DNA of 39,201 nucleotides, from assembly GCA_029932015.1 (NCBI GenBank), contig JAOZQW010000001.1, forward strand, positions 1-39,201. Reading direction: 5' to 3'. The stretch's first letter is position 1. Each line of letters opens with the position of its first letter. The notes under the pieces were generated by a model that saw only the letters and a program-made list of their open reading frames with translations, had not been told where the DNA came from and searched no databases. The translations under genes were made by a program, and so were the position numbers. This document shows positions 7,640 through 16,164 of the stretch, piece by piece. Source of the stretch: Candidatus Fermentibacteraceae bacterium (GTDB lineage: Bacteria; Fermentibacterota; Fermentibacteria; Fermentibacterales; JCC-6).

Positions 7640-9871
7640 TTATCTAATGACGGCAAACTTGCCGATTATGTAGTCATCATTGGTCTCAACACGATAGATG
7701 TAGAGCCCAGATGTGACTTCCTGATCGTTCCTGCTGATCAGGTCCCAGAACTCCGTGCCTTCTTCGCCGCCCCAGCTACGGTGTTCAAGGGTGATGACAT
7801 GGTCACCGGCAAGTGTGTAGATGTGAATGTTGCACATGGCTGGCAGATGTGTGAAGGCGATCTTGTCGAAGTATGTCTGCTCCCATGCGGCCGAACCCCT
7901 GTATGGGTTCGGGACTACCCGTACGTTCTCGGTCCAGTTCGCGTCGGTACCCATGACCGGAGTGACCGGAAGGGGAGTACCCTCGAGTGTCTGTTTGTAG
8001 TTGGACCTGGTACTCTCTACATCGGTCTCTTCGTCGTACGAACAGACCACATAGTAGTAGGGGAAACCGTTGGTGACTGTCTCGTCGGTGTAGTTGGTTG
8101 TACCAACCGGTCGAGTAGCAACGAGTTCCCAGCCAGCGGGTTCGAAGGTCGAGCGATAGATGTTGTACCCACCGAGGTCTGTGTAGCTCTCAGCATTGGA
8201 ACCCCACTCGAGGTGGACCTGTCCATTGCCGGCTTCGTAGAAGAGAATGGGCGATGGCGGAAGCTTGGGAACACCCCAACCACCGTCGCGGTAGTACGCA
8301 TCCAGCATCCCGTCGGCAACCTCTCTGGCACCTTCGAGACCCATGCCGATAAGATAGCCACCGACCATGTGCAGGCTGTCACCCTCCTGGAGGTTGACCG
8401 GACCCGCGCTGATCAGGAAGCGATAGTCGAACACCGGGTAATCCAGTGCAAGCGGGTTGTCATGAACGATAGGGAAAGGTCCCGGATTGCCCGGAGCTAT
8501 AGCCTCCGGCGCATGAGGATGCCCTACCCAGTCAGTCATGTATGCAGGTCCGCTGTACTGTCCGCTGGCATCCGGGTTCTGACCCCACATGAAGTTGTAC
8601 TGCTCGAGGTCAGTACCAGGATCGCTCTCCCAGTTCCACCAGCCATGCGACTGAGGAATGGGGTAGTCGAAGACATCGATGGGACGCTCAATTGTTCCAT
8701 TAGCCTTTTTGATCCAGAAATCAAGCAGACGCCAGCTAATGAAGCCATTGGCAGGTGGTACGAGTTCAGGCTCACCTGAATCGTCCGTACCTGAGGACGG
8801 ATTGTCCCCGTCCCAGATGTAGCTCATGTTCCTCGGAACCACATGGTAAACCGTGTCGCCCACGGTGTGCTCCCAGTGATTCTCAGGCATGCCATCAGAG
8901 AACAAAGCAAGACCGGACTCGTTAAGAGTCCAGACGGTATCTCCTCCGACAGTTCTGAAGAGGATGGTGAAATGGTCACTGACACCATTCCCATCGACAT
9001 CATTGTCTAGAATATCATCCGATCCGATGTAGTTGTAGTAGTACCAGATGTTCTCTGGATCATCTGATGCTCTCGTATTATCCGGGTTCTGCTGGTAGGT
9101 GTAGATGTCCTGGGCGCTGGCCAGAGTTCCGTCGTCAAAGACGTACTCGAAGGTTGCGTCAGGATCGTTGCACCAGATAGCATGGCCGTCGTAGTAGACC
9201 AGGTCATCGATGTGGCATTCAGACACGTCACCAGTTGCAGCATCGCAGTCAGCCTTCATCGACACCATGAAGGCGTCGAGCGGCTCACCGCTGCCGTGCT
9301 CGGGATGATGCGTCAGGATGAGGTCCTGGGCGATGAAGTCGTTGTAGCCCGGGGTGCCCCAGCCGTAGTTCTCATTGTAGATCCCGATACCGTATGGATC
9401 CGAGTTCTGGCCTGGATAGTTCCAGTCGTCGAAACCGTACTGGGTCTCTTCGAGAGCGGTGGGTCCGGGACTCAGCTTCTCAGCTGCGAATCCCTCGCTG
9501 GCCCACAATTCCCAGTTGCCGTAATCACTGCCGCTCATCCATTTTGCGACAGAGTCCGGATTAGGTGCTGTTACCGCACCGTACTGGCACGTCCAGAGAT
9601 CTCCTGTGAAGAGATAACTGCTGCCCTCACCGGCCGGCCACTCCATTGACGGGTAGTTCGCCCATGGATCGCCGTACATACCGATGTTCATGAGAGCGCT
9701 CCACATGTTGCTCAGGTTGTGGAGCATCCATACAGCCGGTGGCCGGGCATCGGTCGAGCCCTCCGGCATAGGTACCTCGCGCACCTCCCTGGCAAGGCCG
9801 GTGCCTGACAGTGCGAACACTGCCAGCACCGAGAGTACCAGGAACCCGCGAGTATAGCTGGAGTTCCTCAT
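7640..9871 (-). CDS. Large secreted protein with FN3-like domain and C-terminal T9SS-type sorting domain
   Basis: Signal peptide MRNSSYTRGFLVLSVLAVFALSGTGLA. FN3-like GQVHLEWGSNAESYTDLGGYNIYRS. C-terminus VRVVPNPYRGSAAWEQ...GLYIYRVETNDDYIIGKFAVIR. Start moved to ATG 9871, because the track start at 9889 is a TTG inside the GGAGG SD. Confidence 0.75.
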   Translation of the reverse strand: MRNSSYTRGFLVLSVLAVFALSGTGLAREVREVPMPEGSTDARPPAVWMLHNLSNMWSALMNIGMYGDPWANYPSMEWPAGEGSSYLFTGDLWTCQYGAVTAPNPDSVAKWMSGSDYGNWELWASEGFAAEKLSPGPTALEETQYGFDDWNYPGQNSDPYGIGIYNENYGWGTPGYNDFIAQDLILTHHPEHGSGEPLDAFMVSMKADCDAATGDVSECHIDDLVYYDGHAIWCNDPDATFEYVFDDGTLASAQDIYTYQQNPDNTRASDDPENIWYYYNYIGSDDILDNDVDGNGVSDHFTILFRTVGGDTVWTLNESGLALFSDGMPENHWEHTVGDTVYHVVPRNMSYIWDGDNPSSGTDDSGEPELVPPANGFISWRLLDFWIKKANGTIERPIDVFDYPIPQSHGWWNWESDPGTDLEQYNFMWGQNPDASGQYSGPAYMTDWVGHPHAPEAIAPGNPGPFPIVHDNPLALDYPVFDYRFLISAGPVNLQEGDSLHMVGGYLIGMGLEGAREVADGMLDAYYRDGGWGVPKLPPSPILFYEAGNGQVHLEWGSNAESYTDLGGYNIYRSTFEPAGWELVATRPVGTTNYTDETVTNGFPYYYVVCSYDEETDVESTRSNYKQTLEGTPLPVTPVMGTDANWTENVRVVPNPYRGSAAWEQTYFDKIAFTHLPAMCNIHIYTLAGDHVITLEHRSWGGEEGTEFWDLISRNDQEVTSGLYIYRVETNDDYIIGKFAVIR

Positions 9872-9988
9872 ACTTCCCTTTACCTCCAATTCCTAGATGA
9901 CTTCGTGGTTGCATCCCGAGTTCCATTATGGCTCTCGGTCCGCACATCCGCGATTCCGGTTATCTTCTCTTGCACTTTCATCATACGA

Positions 9989-10660
9989 TCAGTTTTCGAG
10001 ACTGAAGTTGTACGTGACGGTTGTCCATACACTCACTGGGATGCCGTTGTTCTGCGCGGGAGTCCACCTTGTGTTCCAGGCTGCCGACAGGGCCGCCTGA
10101 TCAAGTGCATTGACTCCGCTTGAATTGTAGAGCTGCACATCAACAACGCTTCCGCTAGAGTCGACGAACACCCATAGCACGACGCTGCCCTCTATCCCGG
10201 CCTGAAGGGCCATTGCCGGATAGTCGGGTCTTGGCTGATAGGTGCAGGTCGGAAATACCTCCGCCGGCATGAAACGCGGCGGTCCGGTGCCTTCCGACTC
10301 CTGCTCAGCAGCCTCGTCGCCCTGCTCGATCGTCGAAACCTCTTCGAGGCCTTCTGTCTCATCCTCGAGAGAGAGAGTCACATCGACGTCAAGTTCCTCA
10401 ACCTCCTGCTCGACTTCCTCCTCCTGCTCTTCCTGCTCCTCCTCGATCTCCTCTTCCTGCTCCTCGACGGTGTCATCGAAGGCGATGTCGGTTTCTACCG
10501 CCTCCATCTCGCTGTCCACCGTCCGCGTGGAGAGCCTACCAAGCTGGCTAGCCGGGATAAGCTCGAAGAAGATGATGAGTATCGCGAGGCCTATAACCAT
10601 GCCCCACTCGAAGTTGAGGGTGGAGTGCCTGTAATCGCCATTGCTGTCTTTGGACATCAT
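9989..10660 (-). CDS. tonB: Energy transducer TonB (C-terminal TonB domain, acidic linker)
   Basis: N-terminal TM segment. C-terminal YPAMALQAGIEGSVVLWVFVDSSGSVVDVQLYNSSGVNALDQAALSAAWNTRWTPA is a typical TonB_C domain. The linker is Glu-rich (EEQEEEIEEEQEEQEEEVEQEVEE) rather than Pro-rich. Confidence 0.8.
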   Translation of the reverse strand: MMSKDSNGDYRHSTLNFEWGMVIGLAILIIFFELIPASQLGRLSTRTVDSEMEAVETDIAFDDTVEEQEEEIEEEQEEQEEEVEQEVEELDVDVTLSLEDETEGLEEVSTIEQGDEAAEQESEGTGPPRFMPAEVFPTCTYQPRPDYPAMALQAGIEGSVVLWVFVDSSGSVVDVQLYNSSGVNALDQAALSAAWNTRWTPAQNNGIPVSVWTTVTYNFSLEN

Positions 10661-10668
10661 CCCCCCTC

Positions 10669-11130
10669 TCAGTAGAGTCCGAGTTCTTCAGCATTAAACT
10701 GAATACTGTATATCTCTTCAAACCTCATTGATCCGAAAAGATCGACCATTGCCTGCATCGGGACTCGCGAGTCGATGTTCAGCACAACAACGTCCAGACG
10801 CTTGTTCTGTTCGCGCCAGAACCTGTCGCTCAGAATGGACAGCTGCTCAGCGATCTGGGAGAGGGGCATATCGTAGTCCCCTATCCTTGCGACCAGCTCG
10901 CTGCTGTCATTGCCAGGCTCAACCTGCTTGACCCATACGGTGACCGTCAGGTACTGCTTGCCGAGCTCATTCATCACTTCGTGATGTGCCTGGGGGAAGC
11001 GGACCCGAAGGCCACCATCCTCCTTGAACAATGTAGTCGCCATGAAGAAAACCAGGAGCAGGAAAACGATGTCGGCCATCGTTCCCGTGAAGATATTTCC
11101 AGTAACCTTCATTCTTCTCTTGAATTTCAT
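10669..11130 (-). CDS. exbD: ExbD/TolR biopolymer transport protein
   Basis: 153 aa with N-terminal TM MADIVFLLLVFFMATTLF and typical ExbD length. ATGA overlap with the upstream gene. Confidence 0.8.
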   Translation of the reverse strand: MKFKRRMKVTGNIFTGTMADIVFLLLVFFMATTLFKEDGGLRVRFPQAHHEVMNELGKQYLTVTVWVKQVEPGNDSSELVARIGDYDMPLSQIAEQLSILSDRFWREQNKRLDVVVLNIDSRVPMQAMVDLFGSMRFEEIYSIQFNAEELGLY

Positions 11131-11879
11131 CAGGCATCACCTCCGAGTCTCTCCTGGATTGTGACTCCTGTCCTGCTCACGCCATTCAGGCGGAGAAGGT
11201 CAAGGGCAAATATCATGCCCTCATAATCACAATCCGGGAAGAACTTGAGGATCACGACCAGCTCGCTCTCTCGGACAACAGAGGCTATTTCGCCCTGCCG
11301 CACATCTGAGAGAACAAGTGTGTCACCGAAAGCGATCTCTCCGAAGATGGGATCCATCTCCAGCGGTATCCGGCTGCCCATGATGGTCCGCAGAATGCCG
11401 GGTCTCACCATGGGTACGAGATTTTCCGCACTAATCGCGGTTTCAAGTGAGCTGTACGTCCCGGAAGGAACGCCCTTAGCCACCTGGAGGTTGCTCAGAA
11501 GCCTGTCGAGCGATGCCGACATTGCTTCCACCCTCTGGGAGGCCAGCGTTCTTATTCCGTTATGCAGGCTCGTGTCCTGGAGGCTCACGTCCTCACCGGC
11601 TCTCGCCCTTTGCAGGGGGCCCTCGGGCGGCGCCTGATCGATCAGGGCCACATACTCGTGGGCTCCCCACTGCTTGATGGTCATGACGAGTCTGTTCGTC
11701 TCGTCGATGACCACTTCCTGGGTCTCCGAATCAGGCTTCTTTGGAAGCTTGAAAGAGATCCCTTTCTGCACCTCAAAAGTGGTCGTGACCAGGAAGAAGA
11801 TAAGCAGCAGGAACGCAATGTCGGACATTGAGGCATCGGGGATATCCCCGCTTGCTCTCGGTCTGTTACGTATCCGCAT
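11130..11879 (-). CDS. ExbD-like protein with ~100-aa internal insertion
   Basis: ExbD-type N-terminus SMSDIAFLLLIFFLVTTTF and C-terminal ExbD-like fold segment, but 249 aa long. AAGGAG SD. Confidence 0.7.
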   Translation of the reverse strand: MRIRNRPRASGDIPDASMSDIAFLLLIFFLVTTTFEVQKGISFKLPKKPDSETQEVVIDETNRLVMTIKQWGAHEYVALIDQAPPEGPLQRARAGEDVSLQDTSLHNGIRTLASQRVEAMSASLDRLLSNLQVAKGVPSGTYSSLETAISAENLVPMVRPGILRTIMGSRIPLEMDPIFGEIAFGDTLVLSDVRQGEIASVVRESELVVILKFFPDCDYEGMIFALDLLRLNGVSRTGVTIQERLGGDA

Positions 11880-11897
11880 CCGTGCTCCTTCTTACCA

Positions 11898-12737
11898 TTA
11901 CAGCTGCTTGAGGTGCTCCATGTCCGACAGCTTATCCACGAGGAAAATGCTGGCTTCTTCCATATCGATCACGAATCGTCCGATCTTGGCGATGAAGTAG
12001 TTATGGGCCATCTGGATCGGAATCGCGATTGTAAGACCAGTCGCAGTTGTGATGAGGGCTTCCTGGATACCACCGGCGACGAGGCTGGCCTCGACGTTCT
12101 TCGCAGCGGCAATCTCACCGAAAGCCTTGATCATTCCAGAAACCGTACCAAGGAATCCAAGCATCGGTGCGATGCTCGAGACCGAAGCAAGTACAACGAT
12201 ACCCTTCTCGAGGAAGGCCATTTCAATACCGCCTGCGCTCTCGACAGCCTTCTCGACGGCTTCAAGTCCCTTGTCGTGTCGGACAAGTCCGGCATGCATT
12301 ATCGATGCAACAGGTCCACTTGTCCTGGCGCAGAGATCCTCAGCGCCTTTGATATCGCCCTTACGGATGAAGCCACCGACCTTCTCGAGGAAGGAGTTGA
12401 CATCAATCCGGAGTTTGCCGTAGGTGATAAACCTCTCTACAGCAACAGCGATTCCGATAAGAAGCGAGAGAAGGAGCGGATACATGAAGGGTCCGCCTGC
12501 AAGGAAGAGGTCCTTGAGGTCCATGCTGGCGCTCTCCGCGCGCTCTACTTCCTCACCTACTGGAGCATCGGCCACGGGCTCCTGTACAACAGGTTCCTCG
12601 ATAACCGGCTCTTCAACTACAGGCTCCTCGATGACCTCGGTCACCTCTTCAATTGGAGCCTCTTCTGTTCCGGGTTCCTCTGGCTGTGCCCACGCTATGG
12701 CTGTGAGCACGAGGAACAGCAGCAGGAATTTACGCAT
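11898..12737 (-). CDS. exbB: MotA/TolQ/ExbB proton-channel protein with signal peptide and acidic repeat extension
   Basis: C-terminal SIAPMLGFLGTVSGMIKAF...GGIQEALITTATGLTIAIP is the MotA/ExbB signature. N-terminus has a signal peptide plus EEPV(V/I) repeats. Confidence 0.85.
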   Translation of the reverse strand: MRKFLLLFLVLTAIAWAQPEEPGTEEAPIEEVTEVIEEPVVEEPVIEEPVVQEPVADAPVGEEVERAESASMDLKDLFLAGGPFMYPLLLSLLIGIAVAVERFITYGKLRIDVNSFLEKVGGFIRKGDIKGAEDLCARTSGPVASIMHAGLVRHDKGLEAVEKAVESAGGIEMAFLEKGIVVLASVSSIAPMLGFLGTVSGMIKAFGEIAAAKNVEASLVAGGIQEALITTATGLTIAIPIQMAHNYFIAKIGRFVIDMEEASIFLVDKLSDMEHLKQL

Positions 12738-12773
12738 CTAGTTCTCTCCTTATGTCATTCCAGTCAAGTGCCA

Positions 12774-12797
12774 TGGGACCGGCAGAAGCCGGTCCCA
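12774..12797 (-). other. Intercistronic hairpin between TBDR-1 and exbB
   Basis: TGGGACCGGC-agaa-GCCGGTCCCA, 10-bp perfect stem. No clear U-tract follows on the minus strand. Confidence 0.5.
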
Positions 12798-12818
12798 CGG
12801 ACAGTTGTTCTTCTCAGG

Positions 12819-15593
12819 CTACCACTCGATACCGAGGCCGAACCTGATCATTCTGGGTCTGCTGAAGACGTACGGATTACCTGCAGATCCCTTGGGATCG
12901 TGATCGGGCTGGCCGTCGCCGTTCATGTCGGCATCGTACCAGGCCGGATCAATGATGGTGTTGATATTCTGCCTGTCGAACAGGTTGTTGACCTGACAGT
13001 AGGCATCAAGGATCAGATCACCGACCCAGAAGGTCTTGTTGACCTTGAGGGTGGTCATCATGGTCCATGGATATCTCTGACCATTGATCTCCGGCTGGGC
13101 GGTTCCCTGATCAGCCTGGCTGTAGGGGAATCCGCTGCCGTAGTTCCAGGAGAGATGAAGACCGAAGCCTTCGAGGAACGGGGTTTCACCGATCCTGGGA
13201 CCCTCACCCTGTGGAATGCGGAAATCGAATTCCGCGTTGACACTGTGCCTCTGGTCCCAATTGAGATAGGACTCCTTCTTGGGAATTATCCAGCCGGCCC
13301 ATGTGTACTGGTAGTTCTGGGTCGAGCCGGAGCTCTTGCCCATGGCAATTGCGTAAGTGTAGTTGACGCTGCCTGACCAGAAATTGCTCGGCCTTCTCTG
13401 AAGAGTCAGCTCTGCACCTCTGATATTACCGTAGTCACCATTGATGAAGAGGTCGTAGGCATCAACCGCAGAGTAGAAGTTCTGCTGCATGTCGACGAGA
13501 CCGGTGATGTCCTTGTAGTAGCCCGTTACGTCGATCATGGTGATGTCGTCGAACTGATGCTTCACACCGATCTCGTAGGAGATGGTCTCCTCAGGAGACA
13601 GGTCGGGATTGCCAACCTGCGGGAAGGCGCCCGAGAGGTCGAAGTCAGCCCCGCGGAACATACGGTCGAATGCAGGGGTCTGGAAGTAGTGACCGTATGT
13701 GAAGTGAAGGACATCGCGCTCGGTGATGGGATGGGAGAATCCAACACGCGGACTCAGGTGGTACTTCACCGGAACGCTGACTGGATTGATGATGTGATCC
13801 GGATCGCCGGCCTCTGTCCCGGGATTAACGGGGTTCGTGGGATCGGCGGGATACTCATCAAAATTGGGATCGAAGTAATCGAAGCGAAGACCGGCATTAA
13901 CGATCATGCCGCGATACTCCATCTTGTCCTGGATATACGCCGCACCCGAATTGGGGAAGGCGTGATATCTGTTGGCATAGATGTTGCCACCTGAGGCCGT
14001 ATCGATGCTGTAATCGAAGATGTCGTAGTACTTGCCCTCAATACCGGCCTTGAGCTGATGCTCCTGATTGATCTGGCTTGTGAGATCCATCCTGAAAGTG
14101 GAGGTTGTGCTCACCGTCTCGCCCCACGCCATACGGCTTGCACCCTGACGGTAGAACCCGTCGGTGTCCTGTATCCTGGAGGGCGTGTAATTCTGCCAGT
14201 CGTCCCAGCTCCAGTCCTCACCGAGCCACTCTGTCTGAAGAGTGGGATCGGTGGCATCTGGATTATTTCTGATCTTGTAGCTGAAAGCCGCCTGGTACTG
14301 GTTGAGTTTGACTTCCATGAATGTGGCGTCGCTGAGAGTCTGGGTGACGCTAATGCCGACACTGTAGTTGTTCCAGAACCTTGTAGGCAGACCGTAGAGA
14401 ATGTCCTTGCCCCAGGCGAGAGTGTCGCCATAAGCCGAGGAGGTGGTATCCGTGTCGATGTAGGGATTCTCGAACCTGTGCCATCCCCAATCGCTCCAGC
14501 CGGCCATGCGATCCATGTAGTAACCGGTAAGGTTGATCTTGGTTCTGGGGTTGGGCTTGTAAGTGAGCTTGACGTTACCGGTGTAGGTCTGACCCCAGTC
14601 GTTGTAACCGTAGCCGTACCTTCCGTTCTCGCCTCCACCTGTCTGAAGGTATTCACCGACGAGGAAGAGGTTCATGTCGCCGGGGATGTCGAGACCGATG
14701 GCGGGTAGAAGGTAGCTTGTGATGGGCTCGGGTCCGCCCAGGGAGGCCTCGGCATTAAGCCTGGCTTCCGCAAAGGGACCGATATTGCTCCATCTCCATC
14801 CGCTATCGGGTGCAGCTGGATCGATACCGCCCCAGTGCCAGTCGCTGGCAAGGCCGAGGGCATCAAAATTGTTGCCGTTCGCGCTGATCTCACCATGGTA
14901 CGAACGTCCACCCTCGCGGGTGACGATGTTGACCACACCGGACTGCGCATTACCGTACTCTGCTCCAAAACCACCACTTATGATGGAGGTCTCGGCAACA
15001 GCTGACATCGGGATGTCACTGTTGAAAACATTGTTCGTCGGGTCGATCTGAGCGACGCCGTCAACGAGGTAAACGACCTCGCCGCTGCGGCCACCGCGCA
15101 TGTGGAGGCCGCCCCTGTTGGTGGCGCCTGCCTGCCTGCCGACCACATCTGCAATACCGGCGACGGGCATGGTCCTTATCTCATCTCGACCGACGACCGA
15201 AACGGACTCGCTCGAGTTGAAAAGGATCGCATCCCTTGAGCCGGACACCTGTATAAAGGTCTCTCCGACTGTTCCGCCGCTATTCAGCGAAAAGTTCAGC
15301 GGGGATGTCTGGTCAACGATGACCATCACACCCTGCGCTGTCTGGTCCTGCATACCGACCATTCGAGCCTGTACATCGTACTGGCCAGGCTGCAGGTTGA
15401 TGATGAAGTACTCTCCATTGGCATCCGTCATTGCGCCGTAGGAAGTCCCTACGACCATCACGGTGGCACCGATGAGCGGCTCTCCTGAGCCGTCGGTGAT
15501 TCTTCCGGCTATCTTGCCGGTGGTACCAGCCGTTGCTGACAGAGCCACGAACAGCACTAGGACAATGGACAGTAACGTTGCTTTTCTAGGCAC
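12819..15593 (-). CDS. TonB-dependent receptor with N-terminal carboxypeptidase-regulatory-like domain (paralog 1)
   Basis: N-terminal GKIAGRITDGSGEPLIGATVMVVGTSYGAMTDANGEYFIINLQPGQY (CarbopepD_reg-like), a plug-like region, a long beta-barrel and a C-terminal aromatic residue (GLGIEW). GTG start at 15593 behind GGAAGGGAG. Confidence 0.85.
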   Translation of the reverse strand: MPRKATLLSIVLVLFVALSATAGTTGKIAGRITDGSGEPLIGATVMVVGTSYGAMTDANGEYFIINLQPGQYDVQARMVGMQDQTAQGVMVIVDQTSPLNFSLNSGGTVGETFIQVSGSRDAILFNSSESVSVVGRDEIRTMPVAGIADVVGRQAGATNRGGLHMRGGRSGEVVYLVDGVAQIDPTNNVFNSDIPMSAVAETSIISGGFGAEYGNAQSGVVNIVTREGGRSYHGEISANGNNFDALGLASDWHWGGIDPAAPDSGWRWSNIGPFAEARLNAEASLGGPEPITSYLLPAIGLDIPGDMNLFLVGEYLQTGGGENGRYGYGYNDWGQTYTGNVKLTYKPNPRTKINLTGYYMDRMAGWSDWGWHRFENPYIDTDTTSSAYGDTLAWGKDILYGLPTRFWNNYSVGISVTQTLSDATFMEVKLNQYQAAFSYKIRNNPDATDPTLQTEWLGEDWSWDDWQNYTPSRIQDTDGFYRQGASRMAWGETVSTTSTFRMDLTSQINQEHQLKAGIEGKYYDIFDYSIDTASGGNIYANRYHAFPNSGAAYIQDKMEYRGMIVNAGLRFDYFDPNFDEYPADPTNPVNPGTEAGDPDHIINPVSVPVKYHLSPRVGFSHPITERDVLHFTYGHYFQTPAFDRMFRGADFDLSGAFPQVGNPDLSPEETISYEIGVKHQFDDITMIDVTGYYKDITGLVDMQQNFYSAVDAYDLFINGDYGNIRGAELTLQRRPSNFWSGSVNYTYAIAMGKSSGSTQNYQYTWAGWIIPKKESYLNWDQRHSVNAEFDFRIPQGEGPRIGETPFLEGFGLHLSWNYGSGFPYSQADQGTAQPEINGQRYPWTMMTTLKVNKTFWVGDLILDAYCQVNNLFDRQNINTIIDPAWYDADMNGDGQPDHDPKGSAGNPYVFSRPRMIRFGLGIEW

Positions 15594-16164
15594 CGCAGTA
15601 GCTCCCTTCCATTTCGCGACCTCCCAGTCGCGGTTGAAACAAGACCTCGACTCCGCGAAGAAGCATGCTGCACACCCCCTTCTACACTCCTCCAGGAGTC
15701 ATACAATTCGTTGCGTTGCAAAGTGTTAGAGAAATCTGAAACTGATTCTGAGAGTATACCTCCCCTGCTCGTATTTGTTGATTCGACTTGAGCATACGCC
15801 CCGTTGAAACCGGAGTCAAGACAACCAGATCCAGCTATTGAAAAGGGGGCATGGCAATCCCGCAGCAGCCATCTATATCGTGCTTCTTGTATAGGATTGC
15901 AGTGAGCTAAGTGAGCTTCGCATGGAGGTGCCCTTCCACCACCAAATTCGGTAGTGGATACGCTATCCCCATACTTTCCGGGAAGAGACGGCATTTCCGT
16001 CCTCCATCCTTCCTCCCGTATGTAAAACCAGAAGTAAGGCAGACAGTTCCCTAGAATTGTTCTCGGAATTGCCTTCAATGACTGCATCAAGTGCTTTCGA
16101 ATGAAGTAGTTGCAACAGGGAGAAGGGATTAGAGTGGCAGATCAGCACATTGCATCCTTCCCGA
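15594..16164 (-). promoter_or_regulatory. Long (570 nt) non-coding spacer / 5' leader between the two TBDR paralogs
   Basis: Only implausible ORFs. Mutually exclusive helices lie just upstream of the SD: 15615-15632 CGCGAC/GTCGCG versus 15628-15633 with 15653-15658. Direct repeat AGTGAGCT-A-AGTGAGCT at 15901-15917. Confidence 0.4.

Noticed and set aside
7385-8779. 464-aa plus-strand ORF
   Set aside because: Antisense shadow of the 7640-9871 T9SS-cargo gene. It is Arg/Val/Pro-rich, has no SD and no domain pattern.
10285-10500. Low-complexity CTC/CTG-rich DNA in tonB, and the 15-nt-period imperfect repeats in exbB (about 12550-12680), considered as possible tandem repeats or CRISPR-like structure
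   Set aside because: These are in-frame acidic (Glu-rich / EEPV) coding repeats. There is no repeat-spacer architecture.
11913-13376. 487-aa plus-strand ORF
   Set aside because: Antisense shadow spanning exbB, the intergenic hairpin and the TBDR-1 3' end. A real gene would not run through two well-supported opposite-strand genes.
15557-16148. ORFs of 177 aa (15557-16090) and 61 aa (15963-16148) in the inter-TBDR spacer
   Set aside because: The 177-aa ORF overlaps the TBDR-1 start and has a Cys/Arg/Ser-rich, non-protein-like sequence. The 61-aa ORF has a GTG start with a plausible SD (GGGAAGGA) but no recognisable features. I keep it as a possible small ORF, not annotated.
15594-16164. Cobalamin or TPP riboswitch upstream of TBDR-1
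   Set aside because: I looked for a B12 box (GCCACTG context, GGTGAAAATCC-type core) and the TPP CTGAGA...ACCTGATCTGGATAATGCCAGCG pattern. Only fragmentary resemblances turned up (CTGCCACTCT, CTGGATCTGG). A cmsearch would be decisive.
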